A stretch of DNA of 64,000 nucleotides, from positions 107,467-171,466 of the forward strand of contig JBDRHA010000011.1 of assembly GCA_043817235.1 (NCBI GenBank), written 5' to 3'. This DNA comes from Candidatus Shapirobacteria bacterium (GTDB taxonomy: Bacteria > Patescibacteriota > Microgenomatia > UBA12405 > BS750m-G30). This document shows positions 9,930-19,147 of the stretch, in pieces. The notes beneath the pieces were generated by a model. That model saw only the letters and a list, made by a program, of their open reading frames with translations. It ran no database searches and was not told the DNA's origin. Both the position numbers and the translations under genes were made by a program. Position 1 is the first letter of the stretch, and every line of letters starts with the position of its first letter.

Positions 9930-11023
9930 CTACGGAGCGCCCACCACCCCCTCTACGAACCAACTCATGGAAAGCATGTCAGCGTCGCTCATGCACTGGC
10001 CGGAAGCGATTGCTAGAGCACCGTCCTGGCTATTGATAGGACCGCAGAAGACGTCCCACTCGCCACTGAGGATGACCTGCTCGCGCTCTTCCACCAGGTC
10101 CGCCACATCGACCGGCACACGCTCGCTCAGATCAGCCAGGGCCACGATGCCATCATTCATGCTGCCCCAGTACTGGTGCGTCTCCCAACTTCCATCGAGC
10201 ACGGCCTGCACCTGCCGCACGTAGTAGGGACCCCAATTCCACATGGGGCTGGTCAACACCGTGTCGCCCACGAACTCACGCATATCCGAGTCGTAGCCGA
10301 TGCTCAAGGCCCCGCGGTCGGCGGCGGCCTTCTGGGGTTCGGTGGTGTCCTGATGTTGAGCGATGATGTCAGCGCCCACATCGAGCAGCCCTTCGGCGGC
10401 TTCCTTCTCCAGGACCGGGTCGAACCAGGTGTTGGTCCAGACCACGCGCACCTCGGCTTCGGGATTGGCCTCGCGCACACCCAGGGTGAAAGCGTTGATG
10501 CCGCGCACAACCTCAGGGATGGGGAAGGCGGCGACATAGCCAATGATGTTGGAATGGGTCATGCGGCCAGCCACCAGACCAGAGAGGTAGCGGGGCTGGT
10601 ACATACGGCAAAGTAAGTAGCGGCGTTGTCCAGCGTCTTGTAGCCGGAGCAGTGCATGAAGACCACGTTGGGGTACTCGGCGGCGACGTTGACCGTCGGG
10701 TCCATGAACCCAAACGAGGTGGTGAAAATGACGTCGTAGCCTCGTTGGGCGAAGTCGCGGATGACCCGTTCGGCATCCGGGCCTTCGGGCACGTTTTCGA
10801 TGTAGGTGGTTTCGACTTGATCGCCGAAGGTTGCTTCGACCTGCAGTCGACCTTGCTCGTGGGCCCAGGTCCAGCCGAGGTCACCGATAGGGGCGACGTA
10901 GACGAAGGCTACTCTGAGAACCTCCGCCTCAGGGGCAGGAGCCGCGGGCTGAGCCACTGGCGGCGCGCAACCAACTATCAACGCTAGAATCACGACAACT
11001 AGCAAAGCCAAATTCTTCTTCAT
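9930..11023 (-). pseudogene. BMP-family purine nucleoside-binding lipoprotein, split by a 1-bp frameshift
   Basis: ORFs 10559-11023 (lipobox IVGC, DLGWTWAHEQGR) and 9930-10604 (MYQPRYLSG...) join as YFGRMYQP if one G is restored near 10608. Confidence 0.85.
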
Positions 11024-11051
11024 CTTTCTTCTCCTTAAGAATTATTGAGAT

Positions 11052-11084
11052 GAGACAGAGGTGCGATGTTCTGCACCTCTGTCT
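11052..11084. terminator. Intercistronic hairpin between the adenine deaminase gene and BMP-2
   Basis: AGACAGAGGTGC-gatgttct-GCACCTCTGTCT perfect 12-bp stem. Confidence 0.55.
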
Positions 11085-11095
11085 TTGCGAAACTC

Positions 11096-13033
11096 CTACC
11101 GCACGACCTCCCTGCATTCCCCGGTGGTCACGTTGACGAATCCGGAGGGGCAGTCCTCGAAGGGAGCCACGAGCACCCACTTCCAAGGCTGGCAGGTCAG
11201 GGTTTGGAACCGTGCCGATTCGGCACTTTGGAGCGCGGCTGAACTATATGCCGGGCTCTCCACTGGCAGGTAGGAGAGCCATTCCAGTCCGGCGGCGGAC
11301 TCCCAGAAAGCCTCGAAATCCTCGGCTACCTCATGCGCGGGTCGCGACGACATGAGCCCGCCGATCTCCAACTGGACATAGTCCACTACCTCGCCACCCG
11401 AGACCAGGACATAGCCGCCGTTGATGGAGGCCAGGTAGTTGACGGCCTGAGCCATGGCCTCGTCGCTGGTGCCCATCACCTGGACGTTGTGATTATCGTG
11501 CGCCTCGCTCAGGGCGAAGGCCGTATCCGGCGTGGCCGGACCGACGTCGCGCCAGAACATGCAGGCCACCGGATCTGCTAGCGCATTGTAGCGGTCGACG
11601 ATGCAGAACTTGCTGACCTTGTTGGCGACGTCGCGCTGGACCGCTCCGTCTACCACCGGCAGCTCGACTTCTGGGTAGGTGGGAGCGAAGTAGAACTGGC
11701 TTAAGACGGCGGCCATGGCCGTATTGCCTTCTGCCGCCACCACGAAATCGTCTGCCGTCACCTCGCGGCCGATGTTGATGGTGTCTTGCGCCCATTCTGG
11801 CCAGTCGACGGTCGGAATCTCGTAGACCAACTGGCCATCCACGCCGACGAGCTTGCCGGAGGCCCAGACTCTGTTGATATCGACGGTCTCCGGGTTGCGC
11901 AAGAGCACGACATGGGCATACCGCCCGGGGGCGATGGAGCCCACCAGGTGCTCGAGATGCCAGTGACGTGCGGCCGTATAGGAGGCCGAGGCGTAGGCTG
12001 CCTCTACAGGGACGCCCAGCTGGATCGCCGTCCTGGTGTTGTAGTCCATGGTCCCCAGCTCCAGAGCCTCGTCCACGCTTCGGTCGTCCGTGGTCCAGGA
12101 CATGTTGGACCAGTCCTTCAGCCCCATCTTGATAAGGTAAGGAATGACCTTTCCCATGGAGCCTGTCCTGATTTGAATGAAGACCCCGTGGCGAAGCTTG
12201 TCCAAGACTTCGGCGCCTTCGCGAATCTCGTGATCGGATGACAGCCCGGCGGCTGCGAAGGCATTGATCTCATCGTAGGTGAACATGCGGCTGCCGTGGC
12301 CCTCGATCACCCCGTCTGCATCCCAGGTGGCTTGTAAGGCCTGCCACATGCGTTCGTATCCGGGCATCTCTGGGTTCCACACCGATGGCCAGTCCATGAC
12401 CTCGCCCAGTCCAATCACCCAGGGGTGGCTGTTCATGAGCTCCGTGACCGCATCGTAGTCGTAGTAACCCCCGGTGAACTCGAACGGCGTCGGCGGGATG
12501 GCCGAGCCTAGCTGTGGGAAAATGGTTAGTGGGCTGCCATTCTGGTGGGGAAGCAGCCACAATTCGGCGTTGTGGTCGCCATCCACGTTGCCAAACTCGT
12601 GCGATGCTTCTGCGATCCAGGTTGTCCCCTGCGGCAGAACCACTTCGGCTTCGCGGTCCGGCGAAAGATGGCTGGACTCGATGTGCTTGTGGGGTTCGCC
12701 GAACCCCGGCACCGCGTAGAGGCCGTAGGCGTCCACCGTTTCCGCGGCCGTTCCCGACCAGGCGCCGCGGGGACCCACCCAGGCAATCCGCTCGCCTTTG
12801 ATGACGATGTCCTGGCTGGGCATCCAGGTTAGGGTGTGGACGTCGAGGACCGTTGCACCGGAAATGATCAGGTCTGCTTCGGCCCTGCCCAGAGCGACCA
12901 GCACCAGCTCCTGGCGGACCTTCACTTCATCCGATGGGAAGTCTTGCCGGTCGAAGTCGGCTGCGGCAGGCAATGCCCCTGTCACAAGCAGTGCTGCCAA
13001 CAGCATTACACTTAGCAATGCTTTGTGTTTCAC
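11096..13033 (-). CDS. Adenine deaminase-family amidohydrolase with a predicted signal peptide
   Basis: PGFGEPHKHIESSH, GLGEVMDW, IEGHG, SSDHE, TTDD, GSIAPGRYA, AHDNHN, L-E-IGGLMS; GTG start after AAGGAG; N-terminus KHK-hydrophobic-AAA. Confidence 0.85.
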   Translation of the reverse strand: MKHKALLSVMLLAALLVTGALPAAADFDRQDFPSDEVKVRQELVLVALGRAEADLIISGATVLDVHTLTWMPSQDIVIKGERIAWVGPRGAWSGTAAETVDAYGLYAVPGFGEPHKHIESSHLSPDREAEVVLPQGTTWIAEASHEFGNVDGDHNAELWLLPHQNGSPLTIFPQLGSAIPPTPFEFTGGYYDYDAVTELMNSHPWVIGLGEVMDWPSVWNPEMPGYERMWQALQATWDADGVIEGHGSRMFTYDEINAFAAAGLSSDHEIREGAEVLDKLRHGVFIQIRTGSMGKVIPYLIKMGLKDWSNMSWTTDDRSVDEALELGTMDYNTRTAIQLGVPVEAAYASASYTAARHWHLEHLVGSIAPGRYAHVVLLRNPETVDINRVWASGKLVGVDGQLVYEIPTVDWPEWAQDTINIGREVTADDFVVAAEGNTAMAAVLSQFYFAPTYPEVELPVVDGAVQRDVANKVSKFCIVDRYNALADPVACMFWRDVGPATPDTAFALSEAHDNHNVQVMGTSDEAMAQAVNYLASINGGYVLVSGGEVVDYVQLEIGGLMSSRPAHEVAEDFEAFWESAAGLEWLSYLPVESPAYSSAALQSAESARFQTLTCQPWKWVLVAPFEDCPSGFVNVTTGECREVVR

Positions 13034-13500
13034 GTTAATCTCCTTGTTGGTTGGTATATGGTGAATCGCGGTGTTGGCCAAGAACGCTTGGCGTTAACGC
13101 TGTCCTCTGCCTTCATCTGGTTGACTGCCAGATTAAGACAGTTCTTGCTTTTTTAAAAGCAAGACGAATATAGGAACAGCAGGAAGAAAAAACCACTAAA
13201 AATATTAATCTAATAATCTTTTTTTCCCGCTGTTCCTTTAGCCTTCAAATTGTTAAGGTGCTTTAAAAAAGTTCAGAGAAAAGCGCTTGAAAAAATCGCT
13301 TTTGATTTTTTTAGCTTTTTTCTCCAGTTTCCCTTTTTGGAAACAAAAAAACCCGGGATATATTTATCCCAGGTTCAGATTTTTTCCAAAACACAAAAAC
13401 GGTATTTGGTATGTGGCGCCCTGTTTCATTTATTTTATCTCCGGCAGGCCTTTGAGATACTATATTGTTTAAGCAAATATAGCTTTTTTCTAAAAGCTCG

Positions 13501-14061
13501 TCAAGACTCAGATTTGAAAATCGGCAAAGAAACTAGATATTCAAACGGCTCAAGTTCTTCAAATAATTTTTCTCCTTGTTTGACAATCGCCCCAAAAACG
13601 ACTATATCTGCTTCACACTTTTCCATTAATTTTTTCATCATTCGCATGGTCACACCGGTAGAAATAACATCGTCCACGATGGCTACTTTTTTTCCTTTGA
13701 TTAAATCCCGATCTAAGCCGTCAATTACTAGAGGCTTAACGTGTTTAGGAAAATGCGGCAAGGGTTTTAAAACCAAAGGATTAATCATATGCGGCTTGCG
13801 GCTTTTGCGGCAAATAACATAATGCTTATGGTTAAAAATGTTAGCCAGCTGATCAATTAAAGGTACTACTTTTACTTCCGGCCCCACTAGATAATCAAAA
13901 TCATATTTTTTTAGTTTCTTATAAAGCGCTTTGGCCGTCGCTCTAATCAGCAAAACATCTCCGGAAATGTTCAAACTGGCAATTTTAGTGTTCTTGCCAA
14001 TTCCGATTAAGGGCAATTTTCTTTGTAAACCGCAGATTGCAAGATCATAAAAATCTCTCAC
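13501..14061 (-). CDS. Adenine/purine phosphoribosyltransferase-like protein
   Basis: PRPP-binding motif VAIVDDVISTGVT; ICRKS. Confidence 0.85.
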   Translation of the reverse strand: MRDFYDLAICGLQRKLPLIGIGKNTKIASLNISGDVLLIRATAKALYKKLKKYDFDYLVGPEVKVVPLIDQLANIFNHKHYVICRKSRKPHMINPLVLKPLPHFPKHVKPLVIDGLDRDLIKGKKVAIVDDVISTGVTMRMMKKLMEKCEADIVVFGAIVKQGEKLFEELEPFEYLVSLPIFKSES

Positions 14062-14098
14062 CTAAAAGTATAACTTATTTTCTATAGTATAATAAAGA

Positions 14099-15124
14099 AT
14101 GACTCCTTGGATTCCAGTGATTATCGTGGTAATTAGTCTTGTTGGCGTAGGAATTTATATTGAAAGAAAATTTAAAAACTTAAGCTCCCAGGTTAAGCCA
14201 GACGAAACTTTAATAGAATGGCTCAAAAGCCAGCAACAAGATTGGCAAAAATCCCAGCAAGATTTTAATCAGACTTTGCGCTCTACCAACCAAAATATTC
14301 AGCAGGTTTTAACTGCCAGCACCCAATCTTTAAATAAAAGACTAGATAACGCAGCCCAATATATGTCTCAAGTAGCCAAAGAAGTCGGCCAAATGAGCGA
14401 AATTGGAAGGTCAATGAAGCAGCTCCAGGAATTCTTGCAAAGCCCAAAACTCCGAGGGAATATTGGCGAGGAAGTTTTAAAAGACTTAATTGGCCAAATG
14501 TTTCCAAAAAACAGCTTTCACTTGCAATATCAATTTAAAACCGGAGACAAAGTTGACGCCGCCCTAAACACCGAAGCCGGAATTTTGCCCATAGATTCTA
14601 AGTTTCCTATGGAAAACTTCCGCAAGTCTACTTCTGCCGAAAACAAAATAGAAAGAGCAAAATTCAAAAAAATATTCGCCTCGGACGTGAAAAAACATAT
14701 CAAGGCTGTTGCCAAAAAATATGTTCTTCCGGAAGAAGGAACTTTAGATTTTGCCCTGATGTATGTGCCTTCGGAAGCTGTTTATTATGAAGTAGTGAAT
14801 GAACCAGAAATAATAGAATTTGCCCGAAAGCTAAGAATTTATATAGTTTCCCCCAGTACCTTATATGCCGTTTTGCAAACTATTTTACTTTCTTTTGAAG
14901 GAAAGAGAATTGAGCAAGAAGCAAGGCAAGTTTTTCGCTTATTGCGCGCTATTCAGCAGGATTATCAGAAAACCGAAACGGAAATGTCGGTTCTTGGAAA
15001 ACATATTGGCAATGCTTACTCGAAAATGAACGAGGTCTTCCAAAGATTTTCTTTGCTGGGCCAAAAAATCAGCAGCGCTACTCAGCTTCCCCAAACAAAA
15101 GAAACCAAAAAGATTAAGAGCTGA
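14099..15124 (+). CDS. rmuC: DNA recombination protein RmuC
   Basis: N-terminal TM, coiled coil, RGNIGE, PIDSKFP, DFALMYVPSE. Confidence 0.92.
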   Translation: MTPWIPVIIVVISLVGVGIYIERKFKNLSSQVKPDETLIEWLKSQQQDWQKSQQDFNQTLRSTNQNIQQVLTASTQSLNKRLDNAAQYMSQVAKEVGQMSEIGRSMKQLQEFLQSPKLRGNIGEEVLKDLIGQMFPKNSFHLQYQFKTGDKVDAALNTEAGILPIDSKFPMENFRKSTSAENKIERAKFKKIFASDVKKHIKAVAKKYVLPEEGTLDFALMYVPSEAVYYEVVNEPEIIEFARKLRIYIVSPSTLYAVLQTILLSFEGKRIEQEARQVFRLLRAIQQDYQKTETEMSVLGKHIGNAYSKMNEVFQRFSLLGQKISSATQLPQTKETKKIKS

Positions 15125-15139
15125 TGATAAAATTAGCTG

Positions 15140-18100
15140 ATGACAATTAAGTTAAACCCTACCCAGAAAGAGGCGGTCAAACATGAAAAAGGCCCGCTTT
15201 TGATTATTGCCGGAGCCGGAACTGGAAAAACAACAGTAATTACCGAGCGAATCAAATGGCTTATTACCAAAAAAAACATTCTTCCTTCTCAAATCCTAGC
15301 TCTTACTTTTACTAATAAAGCCGCTTTGGAAATGGAAGAGAGGGTGGACTTAGCTTTACCCCTGGGCTATTCTAATATGTGGATTTCTACTTTTCATTCT
15401 TTTGGCGATAGAGTGTTGCGAGATGAGGCAGTGCATATCGGTCTTGATCCGAATTTTAAGCTCCTCTCCCAAGCCGAATCTCTGCTTTTTTTGCGAAAAA
15501 ATTTATTTAAGCTAAAACTAAATTACTTTAGGCCGGCCACTAACCCGACCAAGTTTTTAGACGCCTTACTTACCCATTTTGCCCGGCTGGCAGATGAATA
15601 CATCAGCCCTCAAGAATATTTAAATTTTGCCCAAAAACAAAAAGATAAAGCCGACACCAAGGAAGAGAAACTGGAAGCAAAAAAAAGCTTGGAGCTGGCT
15701 AATTGTTTTGCCCAATGCCAAATCTTGAAAGAAAAAAACGGATTTATGGACTTTAGTGACCTGATCAGCAACACCTTAGCTTTATTTAATAAGAGGCCAA
15801 ATATTTTGCGAAATTATCAGGAAAAATTTAAGCATGTTTTGGTGGACGAATTTCAAGATACAAATATTGCCCAAAACGAACTAATCAGTTTGCTTACCCT
15901 AAAGAAAGGAAATATTACAGTGGTAGCTGACGATGACCAATGTTTACCTGCCAATACTCTCATCGAAACCCCACAGGGACGAAAAAATATCAAAAATATT
16001 AAGACAGGAGATATGGTAATAACAGGCGTTGGTAAAGGCTATGTTTCTGCTAAAAAAGTAACTAAAAAATTTACTTCTAAAAAAACAGCAGACTTTCTGT
16101 CAGTAACAATGGAATGTGGAAAAAACCTAACATTAACAGCAAATCATCTAGTCTTCTGCTATACTCCACGTTTTTATACTAACAAAAAATGGTATTACAT
16201 CTATCTAATGGAAAATAAAGATTTGGGCTGGCGATTAGGAGTAACTCATGATCTTGTCCAAAGGCTTAAGTTGGAAAGAAGCGCGGATAGGATTATTGCG
16301 ATTAAAGCCTGTAAAACTAATCAGGAAGCTCATTATTGGGAATCTTACTATTCATTAAAATATAAAATACCTACCGTTTGCTTTAAAGAAAGAGGAAATC
16401 TTATCGCCGGCGAATGGCTTAAAAAGCTTTATTCGGCAATTGACAGCAAAAAGGGAGCAATTAATTTAGCAAATGATCTTCAAATTGAACTTAGCAGACA
16501 TCATTATTGCCTAGATGCAGTGAATCGAGGAAGCAAGAAAAGAACGAAAGTAAATCTCTATTTATGCCTGAGAAAACATCGAATTAAGAAACATTTAAAA
16601 AATAATATTCTCATCAATCCCAAGATAGTTCATCAAGTCGGAATCACCACCTCAAATAAAAGAGTCATTAATATTGTCAGATCTTTAGGACTAGATATGA
16701 CGAAAGGCAAAAAGAACACCAAAGCCTTTAGAAAGCAGTTTAGCTCCTTCATTGAAGCCGGAAAATTTGCGCGATATCTTGCAGACAGCACTAAGGCAAT
16801 TTTGGACATTAAAACTGCAATCGCAACTAAAAACGGTATTTCTAAACAAGCAAGAGTTATGCCTGCAAGCAATCTCGTCGAGGGCATATATTTACCCATA
16901 TTAAAAAATAATAATATTGTTTACGACGAAATCGTCGCAATCTCTAGAAAAAGAAAAACACAAACTGTTTATGATTTAGAGATAGAAGACAGCCATAATT
17001 TCATCGCCAATCAAATCGTTGTTCATAATTCTATTTATAAGTGGCGCGGAGCAGCAATTTCCAATGTGCTTCAATTTAAAAAGAATTTTCCAAAAACTAA
17101 GATAATTACCCTTAATCAAAACTATCGCTCTACTCAGGAAATTTTAGATCGCGCTTATCAGCTCATCCAGAACAATAACCCGGACCGGCTGGAAGTTAAA
17201 GAAAGAATCAATAAAAAACTCAAAGCAGTTCGCCCAATTAAAGGAAAACCAATAGAACTTATTTTTACTCCCAGAGCAGAGCAGGAGGCAGAAGAGGTGG
17301 CTATAAGAATTAAAAAACTAGTTAGCCGGAAATATGAGCCAAGAGATGTTGCTATTTTAGTCAGAGCCAACAGCCAAGCCGAATCTTTTACTCGCGCCCT
17401 TTCCCGTAACAATATTCCCTATCAATTTTTAGGCCCAGGCCAGCTTTTTCGCCAGCCGGAAATTAAAAACTTGATTTCTTATCTTAAGATTCTTACTAAT
17501 CCGGAAGATAATGTAGCCCTTTTTCGCTTAAGCAATTTGCCTGTTTTTAAAATCTGGGCACGCGATTTAGCTTTTAGCAATAGCTTTGCTAAAAAGAATA
17601 ACCTATCCCTTTTTGAAGCCTTTGAAAAAATTAGTCAAAAAAAGAAAAAAAATGAGGAATTAAATCTCCCTTCATTTGCCAAGGTTAGCCAGAACGGAAT
17701 AAAAAAATTGGTCAAAATAGTTTATCGCCATTGGAAACTTGTTTCCAAAGAGTCGGGCGGCCAGCTGCTTTACTATTTTTTAGAACAAACCAAGCTCTTA
17801 GAACAGTATTTAAAACCGGAAACAGAAAATCAACAGCTGGCCGCCCTAAATATTGCCAAATTTTTCGATAAAATAAAAAGCTTTGAAGCTCAAAATAAGG
17901 AAACCCTAGCAGGGGATTTATTAGACTGGATTACCCTAAGAATGGAAATGGGAGAAAGCCCGCAGGCCTCAGAAATTGATTGGACAAACTATAATGCTGT
18001 AAATATTATCACTATTCACTCGGCCAAAGGCCTTGAGTTTCCGATTGTCTTTCTGGTTAACCTGGTCAACCGCCGCTTTCCCACTGATAAAAGAAGGGAA

Positions 18101-19147
18101 GCTATTCCCATCCCCCAGCCACTAATCAAGGAAATCCTACCTAAGGGAGATTACCACCTACAAGAAGAGCGCCGGCTTTTTTATGTCGGGCTTACCCGAG
18201 CCAAAGACCAAGTCTTTTTAACTGCTGCCAAAGTGTATCCAGAAAGAAAGCTGGAAAAGAAACTTTCAATTTTTGTGAACGAAACCCTAGGCGATCAAAA
18301 AGAAAGGTCAATATTAAACGAGAAAAGCTCATCCTTAGCCGAATGGGAAAAAGAAAAGCAAGTGGAAAAAGCACCTGTTCTAAATCCACCCGTGAGCTTT
18401 CTTTCCTATTCTCAAATTGATGCTTTTGACATTTGTCCCCGGCAATATCAATATAAATACGCCCTAAGAATAACTACTCCCCCTTCGGCTACCCAAACCT
18501 TTGGCAGTATCGTCCACCAAACCTTAAAAGCTTTCTGCCAAAAACAAATTGCCGCAAACCACAAGCTTAAGCAGGAAGAATTATTAAAATTACTTTCCCA
18601 AAGCTGGATTTCCCGGGGATTTAAAAGCAAACTGGAAGAAAAAAAAGCCAAGCAAAATGCGGCTAAGATGTTAAAAAATTACTATCAAAAGGGCTTTAAT
18701 TATCAAAACGTAGACCAGGTTATGGCCCTAGAACAGTCCTTTAATTTTAAAATCACACCCGGTTTAAAAATTGGGGGGATTATTGACCGAGTAGACAATT
18801 TGAAAAACAATCAAATAGAAATTATTGATTATAAAACAGGAGCCAGAATACCCAAGCAAAAAGACGTTGACGGAAACGACCAGCTTACTCTTTATGCTTT
18901 AGCGGCCAGCTCGCTTAAAGATCTAAGCTTTTATCGGCCCTTAAACAAAATTATTCTTTCTCTATATTTTTTGGATCAAGGGAAAAAACTAAGCAGTAAG
19001 CGCACACCCAGCCAAATTGGTAAATTTAAGGAAAAAATAATTAACCTGGCTAAAGAACTGGAAAAAACCAACTTCCCTTCCCAGCCGAACACGCCTTTTC
19101 CTTGTGATTTCTGTGAATACAAGCTTCTTTGCGACGCCTGGCACTAA
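15140..19147 (+). CDS. UvrD/PcrA-family helicase with a C-terminal PD-(D/E)XK nuclease, intein-containing
   Basis: AGAGTGKT, VDEFQD, QNYRS, TIHSAKGLEF, EERRLFYVGLTRA; C-terminal CPRQY...GIIDRVD..IIDYKTG...CDFCEYKLLC. Confidence 0.92.
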   Translation: MTIKLNPTQKEAVKHEKGPLLIIAGAGTGKTTVITERIKWLITKKNILPSQILALTFTNKAALEMEERVDLALPLGYSNMWISTFHSFGDRVLRDEAVHIGLDPNFKLLSQAESLLFLRKNLFKLKLNYFRPATNPTKFLDALLTHFARLADEYISPQEYLNFAQKQKDKADTKEEKLEAKKSLELANCFAQCQILKEKNGFMDFSDLISNTLALFNKRPNILRNYQEKFKHVLVDEFQDTNIAQNELISLLTLKKGNITVVADDDQCLPANTLIETPQGRKNIKNIKTGDMVITGVGKGYVSAKKVTKKFTSKKTADFLSVTMECGKNLTLTANHLVFCYTPRFYTNKKWYYIYLMENKDLGWRLGVTHDLVQRLKLERSADRIIAIKACKTNQEAHYWESYYSLKYKIPTVCFKERGNLIAGEWLKKLYSAIDSKKGAINLANDLQIELSRHHYCLDAVNRGSKKRTKVNLYLCLRKHRIKKHLKNNILINPKIVHQVGITTSNKRVINIVRSLGLDMTKGKKNTKAFRKQFSSFIEAGKFARYLADSTKAILDIKTAIATKNGISKQARVMPASNLVEGIYLPILKNNNIVYDEIVAISRKRKTQTVYDLEIEDSHNFIANQIVVHNSIYKWRGAAISNVLQFKKNFPKTKIITLNQNYRSTQEILDRAYQLIQNNNPDRLEVKERINKKLKAVRPIKGKPIELIFTPRAEQEAEEVAIRIKKLVSRKYEPRDVAILVRANSQAESFTRALSRNNIPYQFLGPGQLFRQPEIKNLISYLKILTNPEDNVALFRLSNLPVFKIWARDLAFSNSFAKKNNLSLFEAFEKISQKKKKNEELNLPSFAKVSQNGIKKLVKIVYRHWKLVSKESGGQLLYYFLEQTKLLEQYLKPETENQQLAALNIAKFFDKIKSFEAQNKETLAGDLLDWITLRMEMGESPQASEIDWTNYNAVNIITIHSAKGLEFPIVFLVNLVNRRFPTDKRREAIPIPQPLIKEILPKGDYHLQEERRLFYVGLTRAKDQVFLTAAKVYPERKLEKKLSIFVNETLGDQKERSILNEKSSSLAEWEKEKQVEKAPVLNPPVSFLSYSQIDAFDICPRQYQYKYALRITTPPSATQTFGSIVHQTLKAFCQKQIAANHKLKQEELLKLLSQSWISRGFKSKLEEKKAKQNAAKMLKNYYQKGFNYQNVDQVMALEQSFNFKITPGLKIGGIIDRVDNLKNNQIEIIDYKTGARIPKQKDVDGNDQLTLYALAASSLKDLSFYRPLNKIILSLYFLDQGKKLSSKRTPSQIGKFKEKIINLAKELEKTNFPSQPNTPFPCDFCEYKLLCDAWH
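15941..17029 (+). mobile_element. Intein (363 aa) in UvrD motif III
   Basis: DDDQ|CLPANT...TANH (block B)...VYDLEIEDSHNFIANQIVVHN|SIYKWRG. Confidence 0.93.

Noticed and set aside
8575-13064. Many overlapping alternative ORFs in the GC-rich island
   Set aside because: Expected stop-poor shadow frames of high-GC genes, with no recognisable motifs.
13250-13822. 190-aa plus-strand ORF
   Set aside because: Antisense to the PRTase gene and the island leader; no start context or motif.
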